Shown: positions 18,999-28,886, numbered from the stretch's first letter. The stretch is 64,000 bases of DNA from Candidatus Andersenbacteria bacterium RIFCSPHIGHO2_02_FULL_46_16 (GCA_001817065.1 MHHQ01000029.1:4049-68048); one strand, 5' to 3'. The notes: generated from the sequence alone by a model not told the origin. Numbers and translations are program-made.

Positions 18999-21900
18999 TT
19001 AACTGTCACGAGCTACCGCCGGCTCAATGTGTAGCAGCGTTGCCTGGCTCACTATGTGATAATGGTCAAGAATTGTACCCGTCGCTTGCATAATGCCTGT
19101 AACCTTCACCGCCGGCAGCCCAAAAACATCATTGATTACGTCTCCCGTCTGGCTAAAAATTCCCTCTGCCCGCATATTTTGCGCTTCCAAAGCACCAATT
19201 ATCATTTCGCCGTTGTTAACTGGCAATTCTCCTTCCGCTAACTGGATATTTCCCTCATTAAAACTGTTAACACCTAAAAATAATTTGGGCACACCCTTGG
19301 TAAAGTTAACCCTGGTTATGCCTTGCGCAATATATTCGCTGATTAGCGCTCTATTTTTCTCCTGTTCAATCACCATAGCACTCGTCTCTATACTGCCTTG
19401 TGCCTGTTCCGCTACTGTTGGTTCACCAACCACTGGGGTTGTCGCTGCCACTTCATTCTTCTCGCTCTCCGCCCCTACTTGCTCAGGCATCCCTGCTTCC
19501 GCAACCAGTTGTTCTTGTGCCGCTATATCTCCGGCCTTACCGGTTGTTTGTTCTGGTTTTTCCATTTGCGTTTCCTCCACTACCAACTCACCTTCCGGCA
19601 TATTCGCTTCCGTATTCAATCCCGCAAACCCCAAAAACAGTCCGGTAAAGACAATAACCATAACCGCCGGCGCCGCCGCTGACATCCAATTCTTTTTGTT
19701 TGGTTTAAATCCGCGCAGGAGTAGCGAATTACCCACCACAGAAATCGAGCTAAAAGCCATGGCTAATCCAGCCAGTTCCGGCCGCAAAACTAATCCGAGA
19801 CCAGCAAATAGTCGCGCTGCCACCGGAATACCAATCACGTTATAAAACAGAGCAAAAAACATATTTTGCTTGATTTTGCTCATTGTTTCTCTTGATAACT
19901 GGATAGTCGTCAGAACATCATTCAAGTCATTCCTAATAATTATTATTTCACCCGTTTCCAAAGCAACGTCTGTTCCTGAACCCATGGCAATACCTAAATC
20001 AGCCTGCGCCAACGCCGGTGCATCATTTATACCATCGCCCACCATCGCGACCATTTTGCCCTGCTCTTGCAACTTCTTCACTTCATTGGCTTTGTCTTCT
20101 GGCAACACTTCTGCCAACACATTCGTCATGCCAATTTCTGCCGCTATCGCCTGCGCCGTGCGTCGGTTATCACCCGTAATCATATAGACCACAATCCCCA
20201 AATCTTTTAGTTTCTGTACCGCCGCCTGAGCGCTGGGTTTAACCGTATCAGCCACCGCGACCAAGCCGATAATACTCCGCCCAGAGGCCAGGATCATGAC
20301 CGTCTGTCCCCTATTCTCTAGTCGCGTCATGTCTTCTTCTATATCAGCCACATTCAATCCGGCTGCGACAATCAAATGACGGTTACCAAAATAATATTTT
20401 TTTCCAGCCATAGTACCCACAACGCCCTGGCCCGGTACCGGTGCAAAATCTGCTACCTCCAAGAAATCACTTTTCTGGTCCTGGGCATACTGGTAAATTG
20501 CTTCCGCTAAAGGATGCTCGGATGAACGTTCCAATGAGCCAGCTAACTGTAGCAGTGTTGCATCATCTGCTGCTTGGTAGTTAATGAGCGCTGTCACCGT
20601 AGGCTTTCCATTCGTTAGAGTTCCTGTCTTATCGAACACTATCGCATTAATTTTTCTCACCTTTTCCAGCGGTTCACCACCTTTAATCAGAATACCGTGC
20701 TCCGCCCCTTTACCTGTGCTGACCATAATAGCGGTTGGCGTTGCCAAACCAAGCGCGCAAGGACAAGCGATCACGATGACCGCCGTAAAAGCCATCAAAG
20801 AAAAAGCCAAGGTAGCCCCCAGCACGAAATACCACACTACAAATGTGGTGATAGCAATTACGATAACCGCCGGCACAAACCAGGCTGAAATGCGATCCGC
20901 CAACGCCTGCACTGGCGCCCTCGACCCCTGCGCATCTTCAATCAATTTAATAATCTGTGCCAACATTGTTTCCCCGCCCACTTTAGTTGCCTCAAGCTCA
21001 AAACTGCCATTCTTGTTCATAGTAGAACCGATGACTGTATCCCCTGGGTGTTTTTCCACTGGCAGACTTTCGCCAGTTATCATCGCCTCATCCACCGCCG
21101 ATGATCCGCTAGTAATCACACCATCTACTGGAACAATTTCTCCCGGCCGCACAATCACCGTATCTCCTACTACTACTTGCTCAATCGGCAAGTCCACTGT
21201 TTGATCGCCTCGCACCACTCGCGCCGTCTTAGCCTGTAAGCCCATTAGCTTCTTAATGGCTTCCGAAGTTCGCCCTTTCGCCTTGGATTCTAAGTATTTC
21301 CCCAACAATACGAAGGTTATTAAGAAAGCTGCAGTTTCAAAGTATAGGTCAGGTATCATTTTTCCCGCCTCGGCAATAAACGAGCCAGCATTTAGCACAT
21401 ACGCGCCAAAATTGTAGAGGCTGTAAAAGTAAGCCGTTGAAGTGCCAATCGCAATCAAGCTATCCATATTAAATGTTTTCATCCGCAAACTAGACCATGC
21501 GCCCGCATAAAAACCTGCCCCGATTACAAACTGCACTGGTGTCGCCAGAATAAAGGAAACCAATCCCGCATAGGGCAGAATAAAACTCGTTCCCGGCAGC
21601 CACTTAAAGAATGTCTGCAGCATAAAATACAGCATCGGCAGACTCAGCAGCAGTGCATAAAAAAACTTTTTCTTTAACCGTGCGATCTCTTTAGCTTTCT
21701 TTTCCTCGACCTGTTTAGCATCCCCCTGATCAACCGGCATTGCTTCATAACCTGCCTTTTTCACTGCTGTTATTAAATCGTTCACCGAGACCGTGGCCGG
21801 ATTAAAGACTACCGACGCCTTCTCGACAGCAAAATTTACGTTTGCTTCCAACACACCCGGCCGCTTCTTTAATGACCGCTCAATAATCGCCGCGCAGGAC

Positions 21901-22241
21901 GAACAATGCATACCGGATATTAACAAGGACGCACGCGTCTTACTTGCCACTTCTGGTTTAACTAGCTTGGCAGCTTCCTCTTTGGGGAATAAAAGCTTTG
22001 CACTCGTTCCTCTCTCACTCATGTCACCCATTACAGTCGCTTGATATCCCTCTTTGCTTATGACCGTAATAATCTGCTCCGGCGAGATCGAACTGTCATC
22101 ATACTCAATAACGGCATTTTTTTTCTGATAGCTTATCTCCGCCTTACTCACACCTCTTAATTCCTGAACAGCTTCTTTTATTAACAGCTCACACGATCCG
22201 CAGTGCATGCCATTAATGTTTAGCCTTATTTTCTTTGTCAT
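18999..22241 (-). CDS. copA: Cu(I)-translocating P1B-type ATPase with two N-terminal HMA domains and a C-terminal extension of about 250 aa
   Basis: Two GMHCxxC HMA domains. CPC transmembrane motif, [15 protein letters not shown]. An extra TM plus acidic linker plus globular domain follow the normal ATPase end. Confidence 0.9.
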   Translation of the reverse strand: MTKKIRLNINGMHCGSCELLIKEAVQELRGVSKAEISYQKKNAVIEYDDSSISPEQIITVISKEGYQATVMGDMSERGTSAKLLFPKEEAAKLVKPEVASKTRASLLISGMHCSSCAAIIERSLKKRPGVLEANVNFAVEKASVVFNPATVSVNDLITAVKKAGYEAMPVDQGDAKQVEEKKAKEIARLKKKFFYALLLSLPMLYFMLQTFFKWLPGTSFILPYAGLVSFILATPVQFVIGAGFYAGAWSSLRMKTFNMDSLIAIGTSTAYFYSLYNFGAYVLNAGSFIAEAGKMIPDLYFETAAFLITFVLLGKYLESKAKGRTSEAIKKLMGLQAKTARVVRGDQTVDLPIEQVVVGDTVIVRPGEIVPVDGVITSGSSAVDEAMITGESLPVEKHPGDTVIGSTMNKNGSFELEATKVGGETMLAQIIKLIEDAQGSRAPVQALADRISAWFVPAVIVIAITTFVVWYFVLGATLAFSLMAFTAVIVIACPCALGLATPTAIMVSTGKGAEHGILIKGGEPLEKVRKINAIVFDKTGTLTNGKPTVTALINYQAADDATLLQLAGSLERSSEHPLAEAIYQYAQDQKSDFLEVADFAPVPGQGVVGTMAGKKYYFGNRHLIVAAGLNVADIEEDMTRLENRGQTVMILASGRSIIGLVAVADTVKPSAQAAVQKLKDLGIVVYMITGDNRRTAQAIAAEIGMTNVLAEVLPEDKANEVKKLQEQGKMVAMVGDGINDAPALAQADLGIAMGSGTDVALETGEIIIIRNDLNDVLTTIQLSRETMSKIKQNMFFALFYNVIGIPVAARLFAGLGLVLRPELAGLAMAFSSISVVGNSLLLRGFKPNKKNWMSAAAPAVMVIVFTGLFLGFAGLNTEANMPEGELVVEETQMEKPEQTTGKAGDIAAQEQLVAEAGMPEQVGAESEKNEVAATTPVVGEPTVAEQAQGSIETSAMVIEQEKNRALISEYIAQGITRVNFTKGVPKLFLGVNSFNEGNIQLAEGELPVNNGEMIIGALEAQNMRAEGIFSQTGDVINDVFGLPAVKVTGIMQATGTILDHYHIVSQATLLHIEPAVARDS

Positions 22242-22259
22242 TATAATTTTTTGCTAATT

Positions 22260-22441
22260 TAGGCGCCGTAAATAAATAACTTGGCCAGATCTCGTTCAAT
22301 CTGCGCCGAGATACGGCTTTTTCGATTGAGCGAAATACGAAGCGTAATAGAACTACGGTGAGTGTTTCGCGATTGAGAAAAAGTCGCAGATTGGTGCATA
22401 GTGGACGAGAGGTGGTTAAGTTATTTATTTACGGTGCCTTA
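22260..22441 (+). repeat. MITE-like element, family 1 copy 2 (about 182 bp, internal deletion)
   Basis: TIRs TAGGCGCCGTAAATAAATAACTT and AAGTTATTTATTTACGGTGCCTTA. Flanked by GCTAATT on both sides, which looks like a 7-bp target duplication. Fills the whole copZ–copA intergenic region. Confidence 0.7.
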
Positions 22442-22639
22442 GGCTAATTGATAAGGCGTATCAGCCAATGCTTGCTTGATCACATCAGGCTTAAACTCCT
22501 GGTCAGCCACTATTATAGTCTGGCCATCCACCTTAACATCTACATCCTGTACGTTAGGTAAACGTCGTAAACGCTTTTGCACCATTTTAACGCAAGCTTC
22601 ACAGGTCAAACCTGTTAATTGAATGTTTTGTGTAATCAT
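22439..22639 (-). CDS. copZ: copper chaperone CopZ (single HMA domain)
   Basis: 66 aa with GLTCEACV metal-binding loop. Stop codon abuts or overlaps the MITE end. Confidence 0.8.
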   Translation of the reverse strand: MITQNIQLTGLTCEACVKMVQKRLRRLPNVQDVDVKVDGQTIIVADQEFKPDVIKQALADTPYQLA

Positions 22640-22659
22640 AGAATTTATTAGGATTATAT

Positions 22660-22684
22660 ATACCTACACCTATGGTATAGGTAA
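22660..22684. promoter_or_regulatory. candidate CsoR operator (ATACCTAcacctatggtaTAGGTAac)
   Basis: Inverted TACCTA...TAGGTA arms immediately upstream of copZ. Resembles the known CsoR operator pattern (ATACC...GGTAT). Confidence 0.4.
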
Positions 22685-22709
22685 CGAACAGATCAGTCAA
22701 TAAATACTT

Positions 22710-24524
22710 TTATATCTCATTGACGACGATATTGCCGCGAGGTACGCCCATCGCACACGTGATCGGGTATGAACCGGCCTTCTTTGGTGTGAATTCAAAG
22801 GTTATCTTCTGACCGCGCCGAAAATTCTGTACATCTTCAGTCAGTCCAGGAACAGTAATGCTCCCCATACAACCAGAACCATTGTCCTTCGCATCAATCT
22901 CGAAACGAACGGGTTGATTTGCTCTTACCGTAAACTGGTTAGGCGATAAATCCGCTTTCCTCGTATAAGCAGCTTGTATAACCTGCACCTCATCTTGACT
23001 TATAGTCTCGCCTTTGGCCGGCTCAGCTTTATTAGCTCCTCCGCCACAACCGCCACAACCGCCGCCCGCGCCGCCGCAAGAACCTTTGGCCGCAGCCGGT
23101 TGATCAACGGGCTGGTCAAGTGCTATAGCTCTACCACGTGCCTCTGCCCCGTCTTTGTCTATGACATTAAATACACCGGTATACATACCCATAGCACAGG
23201 AAAAACGTATTTGCCCCGTTTCTTTCGGGGTAAATTCAATGACGTTCTCCCCTAACTGCAAATTACGCCGCACTCCTAGTTGCTGCGAATAAAGACTTCC
23301 GGCGCAACTGTTCGGATTAGTTGAATTCACAATCCATTTGACCGGAACACCTGCCTGAATTGTAAATTTGTTAGGACTATAACCACTGCCAGACTGCTCC
23401 ATCCGTACTACCTGGACGTCCTTATTATCACTTCCTTCCTGTTGAACCTCTGCTATCTGTCCTGCTCCCTGGGCCACCGTTGATAGAATTACCGGTAGAC
23501 CAGTTAAGTTTAAGCCATTCGAGATGTTAAACACCGCTAAACCAACCACCGCGAGCCCCGCCAACTTAAAGAAACGCTGCGCCATAATTCCACGTAAGGC
23601 AGAAGTAAGTCCACCCACACCCAACAATCCCGGTGTTGTACCTACCGCAAACGTCGCCATAATCAGTGCCCCCGACCAAAAGTTGCCCGTACTCATCGCG
23701 TACAATTGCATTGCTTGTGTGAAACCGCACGGCAGGAAAAAAGTCAAAACACCAACCATCGCCGCATTACGATGACTATACTCCCTTTCGTGCTTTTGTT
23801 TAATTCCCAATTTCTTACTCAAACCAGCCGGCAAAGAAATAGCCCAGCTGGATAAGCGAGGTGAAAGTTGCGTGAGCTGGATCCCTAACAGCAGCATCAC
23901 TAAGCCCACACCAATAGTTAATGCCCCAAGCAGAGTACCGGATAGTTGGAATGCCTGCCCAATTAAACCAATTAATCCGCCCAGCACAAAATATCCCGCT
24001 ATACGCCCTGCGTTAAAAAATATATGCGGACGGAATTTCTGCACCGTTGTTGCTTCTGGATGTGACTGAGCATGTTTGGCTGACATACCAAGTACCAAAC
24101 CACCCACCAAAGCCATGCAAGTAGACACCCCGGCCAGCAATCCCACCGTCAGCACAACCAATAAACTGGCCGGACTATCGCCTGGATTAAAACTGGCATT
24201 AAGAATGCCCATGCCTTTTAGCACAAAGTACAAGATTAACAGAATTCCGGCCGCTAATGCTATTTCGTCGTACTGTTTCTTGTCTGGTGTAACCCATGGC
24301 AGCGCCCCCGAATGACCCACACTATAACCAGCCTCCTTAACTGCTTCCTCCACCTTTGCCATACTTAGCCCCCCCCGGTAAGTAATTTCCGCTTCTTGCC
24401 GTCGCCGGCTGACTGACACAGTCTGCACGCCTGGCAGCTCTTTCAATTGTTCTTCTATTAATAGTTCGCATGAGGCGCAATGCATGCCTCGAATCGGTAT
24501 AGTTTTTTTATTCATGATCCTCAA
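22710..24524 (-). CDS. HMA domain – polytopic Cys-motif membrane domain – Gly/Cys linker – two cupredoxin-like domains (putative metal transporter/sequestration protein)
   Basis: N-terminal GMHCASC HMA. About eight TM helices with VSTCMA and FLPCGF motifs (DsbD_2/TauE-like). A GSCGGAGGGCGGCGGGA linker. Two C-terminal beta-rich domains with CxGS...CAMG pairs resembling Cupredoxin_1. Confidence 0.55.
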   Translation of the reverse strand: MRIMNKKTIPIRGMHCASCELLIEEQLKELPGVQTVSVSRRRQEAEITYRGGLSMAKVEEAVKEAGYSVGHSGALPWVTPDKKQYDEIALAAGILLILYFVLKGMGILNASFNPGDSPASLLVVLTVGLLAGVSTCMALVGGLVLGMSAKHAQSHPEATTVQKFRPHIFFNAGRIAGYFVLGGLIGLIGQAFQLSGTLLGALTIGVGLVMLLLGIQLTQLSPRLSSWAISLPAGLSKKLGIKQKHEREYSHRNAAMVGVLTFFLPCGFTQAMQLYAMSTGNFWSGALIMATFAVGTTPGLLGVGGLTSALRGIMAQRFFKLAGLAVVGLAVFNISNGLNLTGLPVILSTVAQGAGQIAEVQQEGSDNKDVQVVRMEQSGSGYSPNKFTIQAGVPVKWIVNSTNPNSCAGSLYSQQLGVRRNLQLGENVIEFTPKETGQIRFSCAMGMYTGVFNVIDKDGAEARGRAIALDQPVDQPAAAKGSCGGAGGGCGGCGGGANKAEPAKGETISQDEVQVIQAAYTRKADLSPNQFTVRANQPVRFEIDAKDNGSGCMGSITVPGLTEDVQNFRRGQKITFEFTPKKAGSYPITCAMGVPRGNIVVNEI

Positions 24525-24612
24525 TATTTGTTATTAAATCTTAAACCTGCTGTATTCTGAACGGTTATTCTATCACCTAACCATTCAGGTACCCCCTACA
24601 CCAGAGAAAAAT

Positions 24613-24990
24613 TTAATGAACGCGAGGATGTAATATGCCCTGCTGTAACGCTACTAGGATATAATTTTGGGGCAATAGCCAAGGATTATATGGCCAAAAA
24701 AGAGCAGCAGGCAAACGAGAACGCAACAGGTCTTGTAGATAGCTAGTTTTTGTGAACATAACCGTTAACCACCATGCCATCAGGCCTAAAAACACGGCTA
24801 AGTAATCCGGGGACGTCACCTGCAAACTACTTATTAAACTCTCAATCAAGCAAGGACTGTTACCCAAACTAGCATGCACCCACATATGACCAAAAGTCAC
24901 ACTGCAGGCTATCGGCCCAATCACCAACACACCCAACAAGAGCCAAGCTGTAATTTTTATTGATTTTCCAAAAACCATATTCATGAACAT
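24613..24990 (-). CDS. hypothetical small membrane protein
   Basis: ORF with three hydrophobic segments, inside the metal operon. Confidence 0.3.
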   Translation of the reverse strand: MFMNMVFGKSIKITAWLLLGVLVIGPIACSVTFGHMWVHASLGNSPCLIESLISSLQVTSPDYLAVFLGLMAWWLTVMFTKTSYLQDLLRSRLPAALFWPYNPWLLPQNYILVALQQGILHPRVH

Positions 24991-25027
24991 TGTGTTATTA
25001 TACCCTACCTGCCCCTACAGATAAACA

Positions 25028-25300
25028 TTACGACTTCACCCAGCGTCTATATAAAGCAACCACTGCGTACGTCCATATCCAAACTACAGCCATACTGGAA
25101 ATAAGTCCTATTAACAATGTACTGGAAGAAAATTCCTCGACGACTCCCGGTGAAACGTTAAACGTATGAAACCAACTTTGCACAATCGTGAAAAGCCAGC
25201 CTGGAACCAACCAGGAGAGTACACGACACACCACATAACCTACCCCCATCACCACCGCCATAGCATTCGCTGCCACCTTACTGTTAACCATAATTCTCAC
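25028..25300 (-). CDS. hypothetical small membrane protein
   Basis: ORF with 4-nt overlap (ATGA) with the upstream gene. Two TM segments. Confidence 0.3.
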   Translation of the reverse strand: MRIMVNSKVAANAMAVVMGVGYVVCRVLSWLVPGWLFTIVQSWFHTFNVSPGVVEEFSSSTLLIGLISSMAVVWIWTYAVVALYRRWVKS

Positions 25301-26148
25301 CTCCTATCATATACTAACCAGCGAACTAACCGGTAAACAACATAAATAAGTAGAACATAAAATATTCCGTTTATTATTGGCCATCGATCAGTCCATCCAG
25401 TCACCAGCCAAGCTGTATCGTTAACTATTTGAGCCGGTCCAGTCGGCATACTTAAGCGACCCGTAATCGCTAAACCCAACGTTATTAAACCCAAACTAAA
25501 GAACATAATAGCGGAAACCAAATTAGTGATAAACACCGGATAGTATCTGCCATCTAAATTAATAGAAAATATCCGCTTATTAAATATTGGCTTTTCTAAC
25601 AGATGAACGCGTTTGATAACTAAACCAGCTATGTACAATGGTGCTACCATACCAGCTACAAAAGCTAAGCCGACCAAAAATGCGTGCCATAAACTCGGCG
25701 ATAATGAACTTAAGGCCAAAACACCAATTAAAACTGGTGCGCAACACGCAGCCGTTATTCCAGCCGTTAGCCCTAATACATAGGTTGACAACCAGTCCAT
25801 CTCGCCACCTGCTTTTGCTGGTAAGTGAGGCATTGGGAGCTTCACACCAACCAACGACAAGATAGCCGCAGCCATCATAATAGATCCGCCGACAATATAC
25901 GTTTCAGTGTGCCAGCGAAAGAAAAAGCTGGCTAATACTTTGGCGCCCAGCACAATCGGCAGCATGACAGTAAAAATCCCCGTCGAATAAACACCTGTCA
26001 TCAGTAAGATTTTCCTTTTTTCCTTAAAGACATTCCCGAGGTACGCCGGTAAGAGGTATGAGATACAACACGGTGCAAACAAAGCGACTAGACCAGCAAC
26101 AAAAGCCGCGAGCAGTGACACTTGGTAGAAAACGTCTCCACTGCTCAT
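25297..26148 (-). CDS. CcdA/DsbD_2-like membrane protein with two CC motifs
   Basis: FAPCCISYLLP and AACCAPV within TM helices. Six to eight TM segments. Confidence 0.5.
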   Translation of the reverse strand: MSSGDVFYQVSLLAAFVAGLVALFAPCCISYLLPAYLGNVFKEKRKILLMTGVYSTGIFTVMLPIVLGAKVLASFFFRWHTETYIVGGSIMMAAAILSLVGVKLPMPHLPAKAGGEMDWLSTYVLGLTAGITAACCAPVLIGVLALSSLSPSLWHAFLVGLAFVAGMVAPLYIAGLVIKRVHLLEKPIFNKRIFSINLDGRYYPVFITNLVSAIMFFSLGLITLGLAITGRLSMPTGPAQIVNDTAWLVTGWTDRWPIINGIFYVLLIYVVYRLVRWLVYDRR

Positions 26149-26153
26149 ATACT

Positions 26154-26648
26154 CTACTGGACTACGTTAGCTGACATAGTAAGCACGATTTTTGGTTGGC
26201 GTGGATCGTTGGTCCTCATCATCGCCTGCCGTGTCACAGACCCTAGACCATTCGGACCATGAAAAGCTGGATCAAAAATAAGCTTAATAGTGGCAGCTTC
26301 ACCCGGCGGGACATTAGCCACATATGATGATCGTTCACCCATCCTAAACTCAGGCGAGATAACACTGCCCATTTCAACCTGCGCGACTGTACACATGCAC
26401 GAGGTTGTCACGTCGTATAATGCCAACGGGTCAGACCCTGTGTTACTGATTAGAAAATCAGTTATTAATAAGCCTTCATTAATACCAACGTCACCTCTTT
26501 CCTTAGTTGTTTCTGTCACAGACGCACTCACCTTCTGGCTCATCTTGACGCCAGTAGGAGTACTTAGCCTAGCAGCTAAATAAAGTCCGCCCACTATTAG
26601 TGCCACCATTCCAACCAATATACCAACTGTTAATCTGTTATTGCTCAT
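26154..26648 (-). CDS. membrane-anchored DUF1573-domain protein
   Basis: N-terminal TM. C-terminal pattern DFLISNTGSDPL...SCMCT...PGEAATIKLIFDP, typical of DUF1573. Confidence 0.55.
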   Translation of the reverse strand: MSNNRLTVGILVGMVALIVGGLYLAARLSTPTGVKMSQKVSASVTETTKERGDVGINEGLLITDFLISNTGSDPLALYDVTTSCMCTVAQVEMGSVISPEFRMGERSSYVANVPPGEAATIKLIFDPAFHGPNGLGSVTRQAMMRTNDPRQPKIVLTMSANVVQ

Positions 26649-26676
26649 TTAACTCTCCTCCTTAAAGTGACGATGG

Positions 26677-26949
26677 CTATTTATTAACCATCTTCGACAC
26701 TTTCAAGATTTCCTCAATCATCTCCTGTTGTTTTTTTTCCTGGCTAGTCATCATCGCATGGCTAAAACAGCTTTTCAAATGATCCTCCATCAACATTTGA
26801 TGGGCTGATTTTAATAAACCTAACACAGCCAAGTTTTGCTGCATTATATCTATGCAATATTTATCCGCTTCCAACATACCGACAATAGTAGCCAGATGCG
26901 ACTGGGCCTTTTTAAAGTTAGTGGATATTTTCTCGTGATTTGCTTTCAT
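26677..26949 (-). CDS. csoR: CsoR/RcnR-family metal-sensing transcriptional repressor
   Basis: 90 aa, helical, with the conserved C...H...C triad positions (CIDIMQQ...H...C). Confidence 0.7.
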   Translation of the reverse strand: MKANHEKISTNFKKAQSHLATIVGMLEADKYCIDIMQQNLAVLGLLKSAHQMLMEDHLKSCFSHAMMTSQEKKQQEMIEEILKVSKMVNK

Positions 26950-26974
26950 AATAATATAATTTAATATCTAGACC

Positions 26975-26993
26975 TTACCTATAGGTTAGGTAA
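26975..26993. promoter_or_regulatory. candidate CsoR operator (TTACCTATAGGTTAGGTAA)
   Basis: TACCTA-N5-TAGGTA inverted repeat 26 nt upstream of the csoR start. The same half-sites occur upstream of copZ. Confidence 0.4.
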
Positions 26994-27123
26994 AACTATA
27001 TTAGCACATAACCCCTATACAGAACAAGCCGCATAAATTCTCGTTCGATGGTTTCCTGCACTGACCTCCCTCACCAGTAATCTTTTGCCTCCTCAGCACC
27101 TGCTGCTACCGGAACCGCTACAG

Positions 27124-27315
27124 GAAGCCCCATCCCGCCCCCTGGACGGGATGGCAGAATCCCGCGTAACAACCAACTGTCTGCCCCACTTGCTCCGCTA
27201 TCGGCAAAGCTACGCGGGGTTATCCCATTCGCACCTTGTCAGCCAAAGCCTTGGCGACGGCTGATTCAATCACCCCCACCACCGGCGGGGTGGCTTTCTG
27301 CGCAGTGGGATAAAA
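27124..27315 (+). repeat. GC-rich structured repeat, family 2 copy B (shortest)
   Basis: Shares blocks with copies A and C. Lacks one internal hairpin segment of about 45 nt and part of the 5' region. Confidence 0.7.
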
Positions 27316-27430
27316 AGGAGACCACATCGTGATCTCCTGAAGCTCACATTTGATATCGCAAGGTGAGTTATACCTGCGCTCCTATTGCCCATATCCTATC
27401 TGGACTTGGAGAAAGAACCTGGCATTTACT

Positions 27431-28033
27431 TTACTCCTTCTCTATCTGTTGATGTTGATAAAGACAAAAGAAGGAAAACGGTCTTTGTCGGTCACAAAGA
27501 CCCTCACTGTTACCTGTCTGGTAAAGGGGGCACTCACTACCACCGACCGTAATCTCTGAAGCGAACTTCTGTGGATTGCGAATCCGTAGACCCACACCAA
27601 TCTCGGAAAAATTTGAGTGGTGAAGCTCAATATCTCCGAAACCACAACCACCTTCCTCCCAGAAAGAAGTAATGATTGCAGCACAATCATCACCCGAAAG
27701 TTCCTCGTCACCAATCGCATACCAGAGGTATTGAGGAACTTCTCCCCTATATACCTGCCGCACAAACTCCTCCTTGCCCTCCGGGTCACGCCAGTCTTTT
27801 CCGGTCAGTAAGTGCTGCGCGTTTTTGACACGCTGTCGCCACTCCTGTTTTGCCTCTTTGATCCACACCAGCGTACTAGCCATTTTAGCTTCGAACTCCT
27901 TGCGCTCCTCTCTAACCTTTACTCTCCTTGCTGACCATGTCCAAAACGAACCAAATAATGCCAGTGCCCTCATTGTTAATCCTTTCTCTCCTAAAATTCC
28001 CTCGCCCTTCGCAAAAAAACTACACATTCCCAA
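27431..28033 (-). CDS. hypothetical protein
   Basis: 200-aa ORF with no recognisable domain. Confidence 0.3.
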   Translation of the reverse strand: MGMCSFFAKGEGILGEKGLTMRALALFGSFWTWSARRVKVREERKEFEAKMASTLVWIKEAKQEWRQRVKNAQHLLTGKDWRDPEGKEEFVRQVYRGEVPQYLWYAIGDEELSGDDCAAIITSFWEEGGCGFGDIELHHSNFSEIGVGLRIRNPQKFASEITVGGSECPLYQTGNSEGLCDRQRPFSFFCLYQHQQIEKE

Positions 28034-28356
28034 TCATCAGCAAACAACATCCTTTGGATGCCTATTGCTAATGTTCTTTTGTTGTCAAAGTCCGATCCAA
28101 ATCTGAAATTTGAACTCTTCAAGGCTAAGATTAGGACGGAACTCTCAAGAAGATTGATAAATCACTCAATATTCTATTCTTTAATGTGATACATGTCAAG
28201 TACTCCATGTGTATAAAAGCTAAACATAGCTGTTATATTCACATTCAGGTATCCACTACCCTAGATATTAGCTTTTAAAAAAGGCTACTAAAATCCAGCA
28301 ACCCCTGTTTCTACCGGTCAAAACGCCCGGCCACTCCTATCTGACCTGCGCGAAAG

Positions 28357-28824
28357 CTATCGTGTAATTATGGCCATATTTCTTACTGCATTTGGGGCAA
28401 TAAGCATAGTGGAAATAATCTTTTTACCGTCTTTCCTTTTCCCGCCACATACATATCCATATCCTTTAATCCATTTTGGTACCGCGCTATATGGCCCATC
28501 ATACACTTTGCTTAAAAATTCCCCCGTAATCTTAGCCATTTTCTCCCCCGGCACATCTTTGCTAATAGTCATATATATTTCTGACCGCCATGGCGACGAA
28601 TTATAGCTAAGCATCAAAAAATCTTTCCCTTCCGGCATAGCCTTAGCATGCTCAATCTTTTTGAACATACGTTTTACTACCTTCCCCATGTTTACGGGTA
28701 TATGAAAGATTTGCCGCACATCATCCCGTAAAAATAACTTATCCCGCCAAAGATACCGCTGCTTCTCGAACCTCGTCGGATCAAATTCCGGGCAACAGAC
28801 ATCTGACTCTGTCATACATTTCAT
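28357..28824 (-). CDS. hypothetical protein (Cys-containing, 155 aa)
   Basis: ORF with no recognisable domain. Confidence 0.3.
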   Translation of the reverse strand: MKCMTESDVCCPEFDPTRFEKQRYLWRDKLFLRDDVRQIFHIPVNMGKVVKRMFKKIEHAKAMPEGKDFLMLSYNSSPWRSEIYMTISKDVPGEKMAKITGEFLSKVYDGPYSAVPKWIKGYGYVCGGKRKDGKKIISTMLIAPNAVRNMAIITR

Positions 28825-28886
28825 TATATCTCAAAACTAAGGAGCATTCTAAACAAGTCCCCATTAATATTCCCTGGCCGCTAATC

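Noticed and set aside
19056-21204. Multiple plus-strand ORFs (19093..19845, 19398..19682, 19870..20187, 20584..21204 and others) antisense to copA. Similar antisense ORFs occur inside bipA, the DEAD-box helicase, the NHL gene and both ATPases.
   Set aside because: These are antisense to long genes with unambiguous conserved-motif translations. The compositional bias of the coding strand generates open antisense frames.
27442-27789. ORF 27442..27789(-), nested in a different frame within 27431..28033(-).
   Set aside because: Alternative frame of the same region. The longer ORF was kept, although neither has domain support.
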